18,315 bases of DNA from Candidatus Krumholzibacteriia bacterium (GCA_036478295.1 JAZGDW010000187.1:1-18315); one strand, 5' to 3'. Positions 1 through 8,798 are shown, counted from the first letter of the stretch. Notes: generated by a model not told the origin, from the sequence alone. A program made the numbers and translations.

Positions 1-63
1 CCTCCCGTTCAGTCCTCCGCTCGAGGCCATCGGTTCGTCGTCTGGATAATCCGGCTTGTCCAT
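1..63 (-). CDS. 5' end of a probable CDS running off the left edge (MDKPDYPDDEPMASSGGLNGR...), product unknown
   Basis: ATG at 63-61, 19 bp downstream of the amidase stop, and open to the window edge. Only 21 codons are visible. Confidence 0.4.
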   Translation of the reverse strand, partial: MDKPDYPDDEPMASSGGLNGR

Positions 64-82
64 TGCGGGCCCCCCACCCCGG

Positions 83-1597
83 CTATTGGTAACGCTGCTT
101 GAATCGCTTCACCGCTTCGACGATCCCTTTGGCGACTTTCTCTTGAAAATCGGCGCTTCCCAAAAGCGACGCTTCCTTGACGTTGGACAGGAAGGCAATC
201 TCAATCAGGATCGCCGGCATGCGCGCGCCCTGCAGCACCGTAAAGTTCGCCTGCTTGACGCCGCGATTGCGAATGCCCAACCGGTCGCCCATGGACTTTT
301 GCGTGAACTCGGCGAAGAGGCTGCTCTCGTTGATGTATTCGTTTTGCACCATGTCCCAGAGAATAAAATCGATATCGCTCGAAACGTCACCGCCGCCCCC
401 GGTGAACTCGTCAGCGGCGTTCTCCGCCATGGCCACGGCCCGGTCCATCTCGGTCCTGGCCTGCGAGAGAAAATAAGCCTCGAATCCGCCCGTTTCCGAG
501 CTGAACCAGCTGTTGCAGTGAATACTGACAAAAAGATCGCCGCCGGCCTCGTTGCCGATTTCCGTTCGCTCCGTTAGCGACAACAGCCGATCGTCCTCCC
601 GGGTCAGCACGACGTCCACACCCAGTTCATCCTCGAGAATCTCGCGTGTCTTCAGTGCGACCCTCAGGTTGACGTCCTTCTCGAGAAGGCCGTTGCGCGC
701 GCTCTTGCCCGTATCCTTGCCGCCGTGGCCGGGATCGATGACCACGGTGCGGATGGTCAGGTCGCGGCGCTTCGTGGAACGCTGGTCGATAATTTCTATT
801 TCCTTGCGGCCGGCAAAATCCGGATCGGGAATCTCGGGCAGGTCTCCTTTTTCGAGAATCAGCACGAGCCTGGGTGGACTGTCCTCCCGTTCCACGAGAA
901 TGCGTGAGGTGAATTTTTTGATGTCGAAATAGACGTAGGCGTCACGATCGGTCTGCTCGGCCCGCACTCCGTTGAAAAGACCATGCGCCTCGCGAATCTC
1001 AAACTTCGCGGGATCGATGCGCCCTCCGTAGAGTTTGAGCCGGATGAGTCCCGGCGTACTGGAATCGACGTGGTGCAGGAGCGGTTCGGTGAGCTCGATC
1101 GAGGCCCTCGACTGATTCGCCGAGGTGGCGAAGGTCATGTTTTGCACATTGTAGCCGATTTTCTCCACGTGGAGCGTTCGCGAGACAGGATCCCACTCGA
1201 AGACACTCGGCGTATACGGCGAGGCGATGGAAATCACAAATTCCATCGGAATCATGACAAAGCCCGCGTCGTAGAGAACGGGCTCTCTCAGCATGACCGG
1301 CTCTCCGTCTACCACCACCACGCGCGTATCGACGGTGAGTGTGAAGCGATTGCGCTCGATGCCCAGAACGACCTTGCGGCTCGACGCGTTCCAGAATTGA
1401 GTGGCCCGGAAGATACGCGCCACATCGTTCGCACGCAGGTACAGGGCATCGCTGTCCGGAGCGATCTGCCAAGCGTCAATCTGCTCCGCGCTTCGGCCGT
1501 CGCTGTAGACAACGTCGATCGTCTTTTGCCCCTGCGCATCCACCGCCGCGGAGATGGCCACGCAGACAACCAGCAATATTGTGCGTGAATGTTTCAT
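83..1597 (-). CDS. N-acetylmuramoyl-L-alanine amidase (Amidase_3, AmiC/CwlV-like) with signal peptide and N-terminal accessory domains
   Basis: Motifs VVIDPGHGGKD, EKDVNL, VVLTREDD, DLFVSIHCNS, GFEAY and MPAILIEIAFLSN; hydrophobic N-terminal signal peptide. Confidence 0.95.
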   Translation of the reverse strand: MKHSRTILLVVCVAISAAVDAQGQKTIDVVYSDGRSAEQIDAWQIAPDSDALYLRANDVARIFRATQFWNASSRKVVLGIERNRFTLTVDTRVVVVDGEPVMLREPVLYDAGFVMIPMEFVISIASPYTPSVFEWDPVSRTLHVEKIGYNVQNMTFATSANQSRASIELTEPLLHHVDSSTPGLIRLKLYGGRIDPAKFEIREAHGLFNGVRAEQTDRDAYVYFDIKKFTSRILVEREDSPPRLVLILEKGDLPEIPDPDFAGRKEIEIIDQRSTKRRDLTIRTVVIDPGHGGKDTGKSARNGLLEKDVNLRVALKTREILEDELGVDVVLTREDDRLLSLTERTEIGNEAGGDLFVSIHCNSWFSSETGGFEAYFLSQARTEMDRAVAMAENAADEFTGGGGDVSSDIDFILWDMVQNEYINESSLFAEFTQKSMGDRLGIRNRGVKQANFTVLQGARMPAILIEIAFLSNVKEASLLGSADFQEKVAKGIVEAVKRFKQRYQ

Positions 1598-1776
1598 AGT
1601 TGATGACTACGCGAGTCCTCGTGATGGCGGCCCGGTGTGTTTTCACCAGCCCATTCGCGGGAGCGAGCGACACCTGCGGCCGGTGCCCAGCAGCCCCCGC
1701 ACTCACTCAATTTTTACGGTTGAATATAGATAATGCTCCCCATTTTTTCGATGGAAATCTCCGCGGCGGTGGGCGC

Positions 1777-2226
1777 CTAGCTTCGTTCCTTCAGCTCACG
1801 TCTCAAGTCACGGTTGGCGTCTCGCTTGGCGATATCACGCCGCTTGTCGTACGTCTTCTTGCCCTTGGCGAGCGCCAGCTCGATCTTGGCCACGCCGCGA
1901 TTGTTGAAATACAACTTCAAGGGAACCAGGGTCAATCCCTTTTCACGCACCTTTCCGATCAGCCGTCGGATTTCGCGCTTGTGGAGCAACAGCTTGCGAT
2001 CGCGCCGCGGGTCCAGGTTGGACTGCGACGTGTGAGAATAGGAGCTGATATGCAGGCCACGCAGTATGACCTCGGTGCCCTCGAGCGTCGCATAGGCGTC
2101 CGTCAGGTTGGCCCGGCCTTCCCGGAGCGACTTGACCTCGGTTCCCATGAGCGCGATACCGGCCTCGAACGTTTCGACCACTGAGAATTCGTGGCGGGCC
2201 TTGCGATTGGTGGCGATGGGTTTCAT
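1777..2226 (-). CDS. smpB: SsrA-binding protein SmpB
   Basis: IATNRKARHEF, EAGIALMGTEVKSLR, RDRKLLLHKREI and GKKTYDKR; 149 aa. Confidence 0.98.
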   Translation of the reverse strand: MKPIATNRKARHEFSVVETFEAGIALMGTEVKSLREGRANLTDAYATLEGTEVILRGLHISSYSHTSQSNLDPRRDRKLLLHKREIRRLIGKVREKGLTLVPLKLYFNNRGVAKIELALAKGKKTYDKRRDIAKRDANRDLRRELKERS

Positions 2227-2232
2227 GTGCTC

Positions 2233-2261
2233 ATTATGTGGCCCTCCAAACCTCCAAGCAA
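2233..2261 (-). promoter_or_regulatory. Putative sigma-70 promoter of smpB (TTGCTT-N17-CATAAT)
   Basis: -35/-10 hexamers with a 17-bp spacer. The -10 ends 6 nt before the ATG. Confidence 0.55.
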
Positions 2262-2507
2262 CATTTTTTCAAGAGGTTAAGTCGTGCTCCGGGACCGCGT
2301 ACCCCGTCGGGGGGACGCACCGCTTGATCGAGCAATAGGGGCGATGTAATCCATTTGTAATAAAACAGATAGGCTTAACCGCCACTGGCGGGGCGGAGGG
2401 CTCCGTGCCCGGTGACGAAGCCCTAACGAGCTTCTATACTCACGCAACCGGTTTTCATTTAACAGGTTAAGTCAATCGGCCCGGAGAGCACCGGCAAAAA
2501 TATCTCG

Positions 2508-2536
2508 TTGACTTCTGGCCATCGCTGGAATATCCT
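2508..2536 (+). promoter_or_regulatory. Putative sigma-70 promoter of tRNA-Leu (TTGACT-N17-TATCCT)
   Basis: Near-consensus hexamers, 17-bp spacer, about 77 bp upstream of the tRNA. Confidence 0.55.
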
Positions 2537-2613
2537 GCATTGTTGACGCGGCTGCACAGCCGGCCGCGACTAGCGCTTGCTGCGCCAGCCACGACAGATT
2601 TCGTTTTGCGCAT

Positions 2614-2700
2614 GCCGAAGTGGTGGAATTGGCAGACGCGCTGCGTTCAGGTCGCAGTGAGGGAAACCTCGTGGGGGTTCGAATCCCCCCTTCGGCACCA
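2614..2700 (+). tRNA. tRNA-Leu(CAG)
   Basis: Acceptor stem GCCGAAG/CTTCGGC, discriminator A plus encoded CCA, anticodon arm CTGCG-TTCAGGT-CGCAG, long variable arm GAGG-GAAA-CCTC, T-loop TTCGAAT; 87 nt. Confidence 0.98.
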
Positions 2701-2724
2701 AGAAAAAGAATGGGTAAGGGTGAG

Positions 2725-2765
2725 CCCTTCGGCAGCGAGTTCCCGCTGCCGGAGGGTTTTCTTCT
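2725..2765 (+). terminator. Rho-independent terminator after tRNA-Leu
   Basis: 13-bp stem CCCTTCGGCAGCG/CGCTGCCGGAGGG (one G-U pair), loop AGTTCC, then TTTTCTTCT. Confidence 0.8.
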
Positions 2766-2895
2766 GTCACGCAGCCACAAGCTCGCGATAGGGACCATAA
2801 TATCGCATATTAATATGACGGACCGTTGGTCCGAAAAGGGCCAGGCGCACGCCCGGTCGGGGCAGACCCCCGCACGTTTGCGGTCCGGGAATTGC

Positions 2896-2941
2896 TTGAC
2901 GGATATGGAACGAAAAACTAACGTAATATATCGTTTTACGT
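2896..2941 (+). promoter_or_regulatory. Putative promoter (TTGACG-N17-TAACGT) with an overlapping inverted repeat, upstream of the TRAP operon
   Basis: AT-rich patch. The inverted repeat ACGTAA-N9-TTACGT at 2921-2941 overlaps the -10/+1 region. Confidence 0.4.
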
Positions 2942-2978
2942 GGATCAACCGGTGTCTTTCTTTGACGTTCGAGAACCG

Positions 2979-3863
2979 ATGATGTCCAGAAACTGGTCAA
3001 TCACGGCGGCCGGCGCGGCGCTCGCCGCCCATCTCCTGCTGTCGACGGGGTGCTCGACCGCGGGCTTGGCCGTCGGTGCCATGGTTCCCATCCTGGAAAA
3101 CTCCAGAACGGCGGCGCTGGCCTCTAGTGACGTTCGGACGTTCTACGCGGCCACACCGAGCAGCCTCTTTCTCCTCGAGGGCCTGATCGCCACCCGCCCC
3201 GGCAACAAGGATCTTCGTATCAACGCCTCCATGCTCTATTTCAGCTACGCGTTCACGTTCGACGCCCCGGAGGATGAAGACTACGCGTCGATCCTCTATG
3301 TGAAAGGCCTCGAACACGGCAAGGCGGCGCTTTTTCAAAAGAAGAAAATCAAGAAAATGTGGGACGCGCCCTTCGCCGAATTCACGGCCGGACTCGAGGA
3401 GCTTGGCCGAAAAGAGCTGCCCGCGCTCATGTGGACGGTAAGCAACTGGTCGCAGTTTATCAGCCTGCACCTCGACTCCACCGCAGTGCTCCTCGATATT
3501 CCCCGGGTTACCGCACTGCTCGAGCGCATGTGCGAAATCGACGGGGGTTTCTTTCAGGGACTACCGCACATTATTCTGGGCAGCCTGCATGCGTTCCGGC
3601 CGCCGCTGATGGGCGGTGACCCCGAGGCGTCCAAAGAGAACTTCGACCGGGCGATCTCGCTGTCGGACGGCAAATTTCTGCTCGCCCATTATTTCTACGC
3701 GAAGTTCTACGCCTACCGCATCCAGGACGACGAACTTTTCGAAAGGGCTCTCAACGAGGTTATCAGCCAGCGATGCGATGTTCTGCCCGAGTATCAACTG
3801 CTGAACGCAATCGCAAAGGAGAAAGCAACCCGATTACTTGGAGAAATCGATGAACTATTTTGA
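2979..3863 (+). CDS. TRAP transporter TatT component family protein (TPAT 'T' component), probable lipoprotein
   Basis: Signal peptide ending LLLSTGC, predicted helical repeats and motif PPLMGGDPEASKENFDRAI; sits directly upstream of dctP. Start placed at ATG 2979 rather than the ORF-track 2940. Confidence 0.85.
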   Translation: MMSRNWSITAAGAALAAHLLLSTGCSTAGLAVGAMVPILENSRTAALASSDVRTFYAATPSSLFLLEGLIATRPGNKDLRINASMLYFSYAFTFDAPEDEDYASILYVKGLEHGKAALFQKKKIKKMWDAPFAEFTAGLEELGRKELPALMWTVSNWSQFISLHLDSTAVLLDIPRVTALLERMCEIDGGFFQGLPHIILGSLHAFRPPLMGGDPEASKENFDRAISLSDGKFLLAHYFYAKFYAYRIQDDELFERALNEVISQRCDVLPEYQLLNAIAKEKATRLLGEIDELF

Positions 3864-3873
3864 GCGAAGCACC

Positions 3874-4917
3874 ATGACCGTTGTATGGAGGGTCGTCGCT
3901 TTTGTGGCTGCAGCATCTATCGCCCTGGTGGGCGGTAGCGGCCCGTCAATGGCCAGGAAACCGAAACCTGAACTGCATATCAAATTTGCCACACTGGCCC
4001 CCGAAGGCAGCACATGGATGAAGATCATGCACAAACTCGACACCGAGCTGCGCCGGGAGACCGAAAACCGCATGGGTTTCAAGTTCTACCCGGGTGGGGT
4101 CCAGGGTGACGAAAAGGACGTGCTCAGAAAAATTCGTAACGGTCAGTTACACGCCGGCGGCTTCACGGGCATGGGGCTCGGCTCGATCGCCTCGGAGTTC
4201 CGGGCGCTCGAGGTGCCGTTCATGTTCCGGAACCTCGCCGAGGTGGACCACGTGCGAAAATTGATGGAGCCGTCCTTCGAGAAGGTGTTCGATGAGAAGG
4301 GCTTCATAATCCTTGGCTGGGCGGACGTTGGCTTCGTCTACATCTTCTCCAACCAGCCGATCACCTCCCCGCAAGAGCTGCAGCGGGCCAAGATGTGGAC
4401 CTGGTCGGGTGACAGGCTGGCCGAGCTTTTCTTCAAGGCGTTCGAGGTATCACCGATTCCCCTCGCGCTGCCCGACGTTCTCACCTCCCTGCAGATGGGC
4501 GTCGTGAACGCCGTGTACTCTCCCCCGCTCGCGTGCATCGCCTTGCAGTGGTTCACGCGCGTGAAATACATGAGCGATATTCCGATTACCTACGCGTTCG
4601 GGGCGCTGCTGGTGTCGAAGCGGGCGCTGGCCAAAGCGAAGCCGGGCGACGTCGAGATCTTGAAGCGGCTTACGCGCAAGCACTCCGCGGTGCTGGTCGC
4701 GAAGACGCGTACCCAGAACGTGGAGGCCATAGACGCCATCCAGTCCGAAGGGGTCCAGCTCCTGCCCATCAGTGATGAAGTAACGAATCTCTTCTTCGTC
4801 ACCGGCCGGAGCGCCTGGAAGAACGGCGTCGGCAAACTCTACCCGGCCGAGCTGCTCGAGCGAGTTTCCTCAGCGGTGGACGAATACCGCGCCGGCCACA
4901 AAGAGGCCAGGCAGTAG
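3874..4917 (+). CDS. dctP: TRAP transporter substrate-binding protein DctP (TatP type)
   Basis: IKFATLAPEGSTW, FYPGGVQGDEKDVLRKIRNGQL and DVLTSLQMGVVNA; signal peptide. Start uncertain (3838/3850/3874). Confidence 0.93.
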   Translation: MTVVWRVVAFVAAASIALVGGSGPSMARKPKPELHIKFATLAPEGSTWMKIMHKLDTELRRETENRMGFKFYPGGVQGDEKDVLRKIRNGQLHAGGFTGMGLGSIASEFRALEVPFMFRNLAEVDHVRKLMEPSFEKVFDEKGFIILGWADVGFVYIFSNQPITSPQELQRAKMWTWSGDRLAELFFKAFEVSPIPLALPDVLTSLQMGVVNAVYSPPLACIALQWFTRVKYMSDIPITYAFGALLVSKRALAKAKPGDVEILKRLTRKHSAVLVAKTRTQNVEAIDAIQSEGVQLLPISDEVTNLFFVTGRSAWKNGVGKLYPAELLERVSSAVDEYRAGHKEARQ

Positions 4918-4927
4918 CCCGCGAAAG

Positions 4928-5527
4928 GTGTCCGTGGAGCGCCCTCTACTTGTCTACCTGCTGATCGCCACCACGATCATCGTTCTCGCCCTGTTCCGCG
5001 CTCTTCTCGAAAAACAAAACCGGTGTCAAAAACTTTTCAGGCTGGCCGGCCATGCGGAGGTCGCGGTTATCATGGCGCTGCTCGGTGCGCTGATCGTTTT
5101 CGGCTGTCTGCAAATCGTTCTCAGAAACTTCCTGCACAGGGGCATCATCTGGGCGGACCCGCTGATGCGCCACATTGTCCTGTGGCTCGGCTGCGCGGGA
5201 GGGGCTATGGCCACCACCAGAATGCGTCACATCAGTATCGACGTGCTGACCCGTGTTCTGCCAACACCGCTGCACGCGATTCGCGACAAGGTCATCTACC
5301 TGGCGACGGCGGTGGCTGCATCGGTGCTTGGCATGGCCGCGCTAAAGCTTGTTATCGATGAGAGGGCGTTCGGGGACAAGGCGTTTCTAAACGTCGACGT
5401 GTGGATTCTGCAGTCGGTTCTGCCCTTCGCGTTCTTTCTCATATCCTACCGCAGCCTGTTGAACATGTTTCTGTCACGCAAAGCGAAGCCCATCGACTGG
5501 GAAGAAACCGAAGACGGGAATCCATGA
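4928..5527 (+). CDS. dctQ: TRAP transporter small permease DctQ
   Basis: QIVLRN...IIWADPLMRHIVLWLGCAGGAMAT...HISIDVL pattern; multiple TM helices; lies between dctP and dctM. Confidence 0.9.
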   Translation: MSVERPLLVYLLIATTIIVLALFRALLEKQNRCQKLFRLAGHAEVAVIMALLGALIVFGCLQIVLRNFLHRGIIWADPLMRHIVLWLGCAGGAMATTRMRHISIDVLTRVLPTPLHAIRDKVIYLATAVAASVLGMAALKLVIDERAFGDKAFLNVDVWILQSVLPFAFFLISYRSLLNMFLSRKAKPIDWEETEDGNP

Positions 5528-5605
5528 TGACTTCGTATCCGCGGGTGACCCGGCGTTCGCGAGGTAGCGAAAGGACGGCTTCTTTGCGGGAGGCCTGCTG
5601 ACACT

Positions 5606-6868
5606 ATGCCCATCCTGTTCGCAATCATCCTGGCCCTGCTGGTACTTTTCGGAATGCCGCTGTTCGGCGTGCTGGGAGGGATCGCGCTCTTTGCGTTTTA
5701 CCGCTCGGGCATCGACATCTCGTCCGTCGGCGTCGCCATGTACACCCTGGCCGGCTCTCCCCTCCTGATCGCCATTCCGCTATTCACCTTCGCCGGTTAC
5801 CTCTTCGCCAAGAGCCATACGCCGGACCGGCTGGTGCGGTTGTCGCACGCCTTCTTTCCCGGTGGCCTCTCCGTTGTCGCCCTGGTGTCGTGTGCCGTGT
5901 TCACAGCGTTTACCGGTGCGTCGGGCGTGACCAGTATCGCCATGGGCGGACTTCTCTTTCCCGCCCTCATCAAGGAAGGCTATTCAAAGAAGTTTTCACT
6001 CGGGCTGGTCACCACGTCGGGCAGCCTCGGCCTCCTCTTTCCGCCGAGCCTCGCGCTCATCATTTACGGCTACGTGGCATCGGTGAGCGTGGATGACCTC
6101 TTTCTGGCGGGACTCCTGCCGGGAATCCTGCTCGTCGCGGTGCTCTCGACGTACGGCCTCTACATGGGCAGGCGCCAGGGTATCGCACGCGAGAAACTGT
6201 CTCTAAAAAAGATGTGGGCGGCGGTAAAGGGCGCCGCCTGGGAGGTGCCCCTGCCCATCGTGATTCTGGGAGGGATCTACGGGGGGATCATCACGGTCAT
6301 GGAGGCCGCCGCCATGACTGCCTTCTACGCGCTGGTGGTCGAAGTCTTCATCTACAAGGACATCCCGGTGAAAAAGCTTCCCGGCATCATCGCGGAAAGC
6401 ATGACGCTAGTCGGCGGCATCCTTTTAATCCTCTCTTGTGCCATCGCGCTGACAAACTATCTGATAGACGCCGAAGTGCCGCTGCAGATACTCGGCTGGA
6501 TGCAAAACTATATCTCGAGCAAGTACACGTTTCTCCTGTGCCTGAACGTTTTTCTCCTCATCGTCGGGTGCCTGATGGATATCTTCTCCGCGTTGATCGT
6601 CGTGGTCCCGTTGATCGTTCCGGTGGCCATGGGCTTCGACGTCCATCCCGTCCACCTGGGTATCATATTCCTGACCAACCTCGAGATAGGGTACCTGACC
6701 CCACCGATCGGGCTCAACCTGTTCATTTCATCGTACCGTTTCAACGAGTCGATCATCTCGCTCTACCTGGCGAGCGTGCCTTACCTGCTGCTGCTGCTGC
6801 TTTCGCTCGGCATCATTACCTACTTTCCGCTCCTCAGTCTGTTTCTCGTTAACCTGTTCGGTGGTTAG
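5606..6868 (+). CDS. dctM: TRAP transporter large permease DctM
   Basis: LIAIPLFTFAG, FTAFTGASG, GSLGLLFPPS and EIGYLTPPIGLNLF; 420 aa, highly hydrophobic. Confidence 0.96.
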   Translation: MPILFAIILALLVLFGMPLFGVLGGIALFAFYRSGIDISSVGVAMYTLAGSPLLIAIPLFTFAGYLFAKSHTPDRLVRLSHAFFPGGLSVVALVSCAVFTAFTGASGVTSIAMGGLLFPALIKEGYSKKFSLGLVTTSGSLGLLFPPSLALIIYGYVASVSVDDLFLAGLLPGILLVAVLSTYGLYMGRRQGIAREKLSLKKMWAAVKGAAWEVPLPIVILGGIYGGIITVMEAAAMTAFYALVVEVFIYKDIPVKKLPGIIAESMTLVGGILLILSCAIALTNYLIDAEVPLQILGWMQNYISSKYTFLLCLNVFLLIVGCLMDIFSALIVVVPLIVPVAMGFDVHPVHLGIIFLTNLEIGYLTPPIGLNLFISSYRFNESIISLYLASVPYLLLLLLSLGIITYFPLLSLFLVNLFGG

Positions 6869-6876
6869 CATCTCGC

Positions 6877-7539
6877 CTACCTCTCTTCGAGGAAACGATA
6901 GTAAATCATCGCGGCCAGCGACGAGCCGATTATGGGGCCGACCCAGTAGAGCCAGAGATTCTGCGTGCCCCCGCCGAGGAGGGCCGGACCCAGGTGGCGG
7001 GCTGGATTCATGGCGGCGCCGGTGATGGGCCCACCCATCATGATGTCTAGCGCCACCGTGAGCCCGATGAACAACCCGCCCACTTTGGGGGCTCGCTTGT
7101 CCATCGCCGTCGAGTAGACCGCGAACATGAGAAAGAAAGTGAGAATGATCTCGGTAACGAGCCCCTGCGACACCGTGATACCACTACCCAGAGCTGGAGT
7201 ACCCATCCCCACTGCTTGCAGCGCGTCTGCTGGCATGCATAGCCGGATAAGCGCTGCGGCAACGATTCCTCCTAGGCACTGGGCGACGATGTAACCCGCC
7301 GCCGGGCCCGCCGCGATCTTCTTTGCGAGAAAAGCGCCGACGGTAACGGCCGGATTGATATGCCCACCGCTTACCGCAGCAGTCGCCGACACCATGACGG
7401 CGATGGTCAGGCCATGGGCGAGCGCGATCCCAACCAGCCCCAGACCGCCCCCTGTCATGTGGTCGGCCGCGATGGCGCCGACGCCGACAAAAATCAGTGC
7501 GAAGGTTCCAATAAACTCGGCAAGCAGTGCTTTCATCAT
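6877..7539 (-). CDS. MIP family channel (aquaporin)
   Basis: AEFIGTF, SGGHINPAVT and AMNPARHLGPA (two NPA motifs), WLYWVGPIIG. RBS GAGGAGGAG precedes ATG ATG at 7539/7536. Confidence 0.95.
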   Translation of the reverse strand: MMKALLAEFIGTFALIFVGVGAIAADHMTGGGLGLVGIALAHGLTIAVMVSATAAVSGGHINPAVTVGAFLAKKIAAGPAAGYIVAQCLGGIVAAALIRLCMPADALQAVGMGTPALGSGITVSQGLVTEIILTFFLMFAVYSTAMDKRAPKVGGLFIGLTVALDIMMGGPITGAAMNPARHLGPALLGGGTQNLWLYWVGPIIGSSLAAMIYYRFLEER

Positions 7540-7682
7540 CTCCTCCTCATCGGAATAGCCGACGCTCTTGCCGCCGAACACGAAAGCGGGCGGCACCGGC
7601 GAAAACAAGATGTGTTGGCTCCTATCGGGTACAGGAGTTTCCGGAGGACGTCAATGATTTTGTGAGTGGCGCGAGTCGTGCG

Positions 7683-8798
7683 CTACCGGGCCATCATTTC
7701 ACGGAAGGCGCGTGTGGTGGTGCGGGCGGTGATGGTGTAGCGGCGGACCTCGAAGCGTTCCCACGTACGGCCCTCGGGGGACGTGTCCGCCCGCTTGCGC
7801 GTGCTATAGAACGGGATGGTCGCCGGGTAGCGCGGGTCCGAACCAGGCCAGCGCGCCGCACGGGATACCGTTCCCGTCCGGTCGGTGCGCTTGTTGGTGC
7901 CGAATTCAAGGGTGCAGCTGGCTCGGAATCCCGCGGCCACGGCGATGCTGTCCAACTCGGAGTCGGCGAACCCGTAGGGCCACGCCAGAAATCGCGGGGT
8001 GGTACCGAGCCGTTGGGCGATGACTCGCCTCGATTCGCGCAGGTCTTCGAAGACGCCGCGCTGCCACGACTTGGCACCGGGCATGTCGTAGAAACCCCTG
8101 CTGGCCGCCAGGATGGCAGGCATGCGGCCCTCGGGAGTTTTTACGTGGTAGTGCAGGTCGTGTGTGTGTGACTGAATCGAAAACCTCCCGCTCATCTGCA
8201 GTTCCCACAGTTCATCCCAGTCGAGAGACTCGATTCCTTCCCAGGTCTTGCCAACCTTGTCCGTCGTGATGAACAACGTCGCGGTGAAACCATAACGCTC
8301 CAGTATGGGAGCGGCGAGCTGCACGCTGCGGTCACCGTCATCGAAGGTGATGACAACACACTTCGGCGGCAGCTCCAGACTGCCTTCCTGCCAGGCGATA
8401 ACGTCGTCGAGGTCGATGGAGCGGTATCCCTGCTCGTGCAAGTACTGCATCTGTCGTTCGAACGCGCCCACCGTTTGTGTCCACACGTCCATGTCGTCCA
8501 GCAGCGGCAAGTTCAGGAAGAGCGCACCCAGTATTCTCAAGGTTAGAAGCGGGCCCGAATTCTCGCGGAGAAAGTGGTGGCAGAGGACGGGTATCCCGTC
8601 TCGTTCGATGTCGTAGGTGGCGGGGAGTACGGGCTCGCTGCCGGTCCTGGCGACGGGCGGTGTCCGCGCCGTATCGCCGACGTCCGGCACGTCGTAAGCG
8701 GCCATCAGTACCACGACCATGCCCATCAACAGCACCGCAAAGCTCGCGACGAGGATAGCGCTCCTGAAGTCGCCGTATCCTTTTCGGCGGTACTTCAT
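7683..8798 (-). CDS. Polysaccharide deacetylase (CE4), IcaB/PgaB-like PNAG N-deacetylase
   Basis: VVITFDDGD, IQSHTHDLH and LAWPYG motifs; N-terminal TM anchor; last gene of the pgaC-containing operon. Confidence 0.88.
   Translation of the reverse strand: MKYRRKGYGDFRSAILVASFAVLLMGMVVVLMAAYDVPDVGDTARTPPVARTGSEPVLPATYDIERDGIPVLCHHFLRENSGPLLTLRILGALFLNLPLLDDMDVWTQTVGAFERQMQYLHEQGYRSIDLDDVIAWQEGSLELPPKCVVITFDDGDRSVQLAAPILERYGFTATLFITTDKVGKTWEGIESLDWDELWELQMSGRFSIQSHTHDLHYHVKTPEGRMPAILAASRGFYDMPGAKSWQRGVFEDLRESRRVIAQRLGTTPRFLAWPYGFADSELDSIAVAAGFRASCTLEFGTNKRTDRTGTVSRAARWPGSDPRYPATIPFYSTRKRADTSPEGRTWERFEVRRYTITARTTTRAFREMMAR

Noticed and set aside
1598..2613. tmRNA (ssrA) next to smpB
   Set aside because: No tRNA-Ala-like 5' GGGG end paired with a T-arm/CCACCA 3' end was found on either strand.
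2688..2734. att-site duplication of the tRNA-Leu 3' end (CCCTTCGGCA at 2688 and 2725)
   Set aside because: Only 10 bp, part of the terminator stem, and no integrase or cargo lies between the copies.
2472..2982. ORFs spanning tRNA-Leu
   Set aside because: They overlap the tRNA and its terminator and show no protein-like features.
5521..5606. dctQ-dctM fusion by UGA read-through
   Set aside because: dctQ ends in tandem TGA TGA with no Cys-motif context, and dctM has its own ATG and a complete N-terminus.
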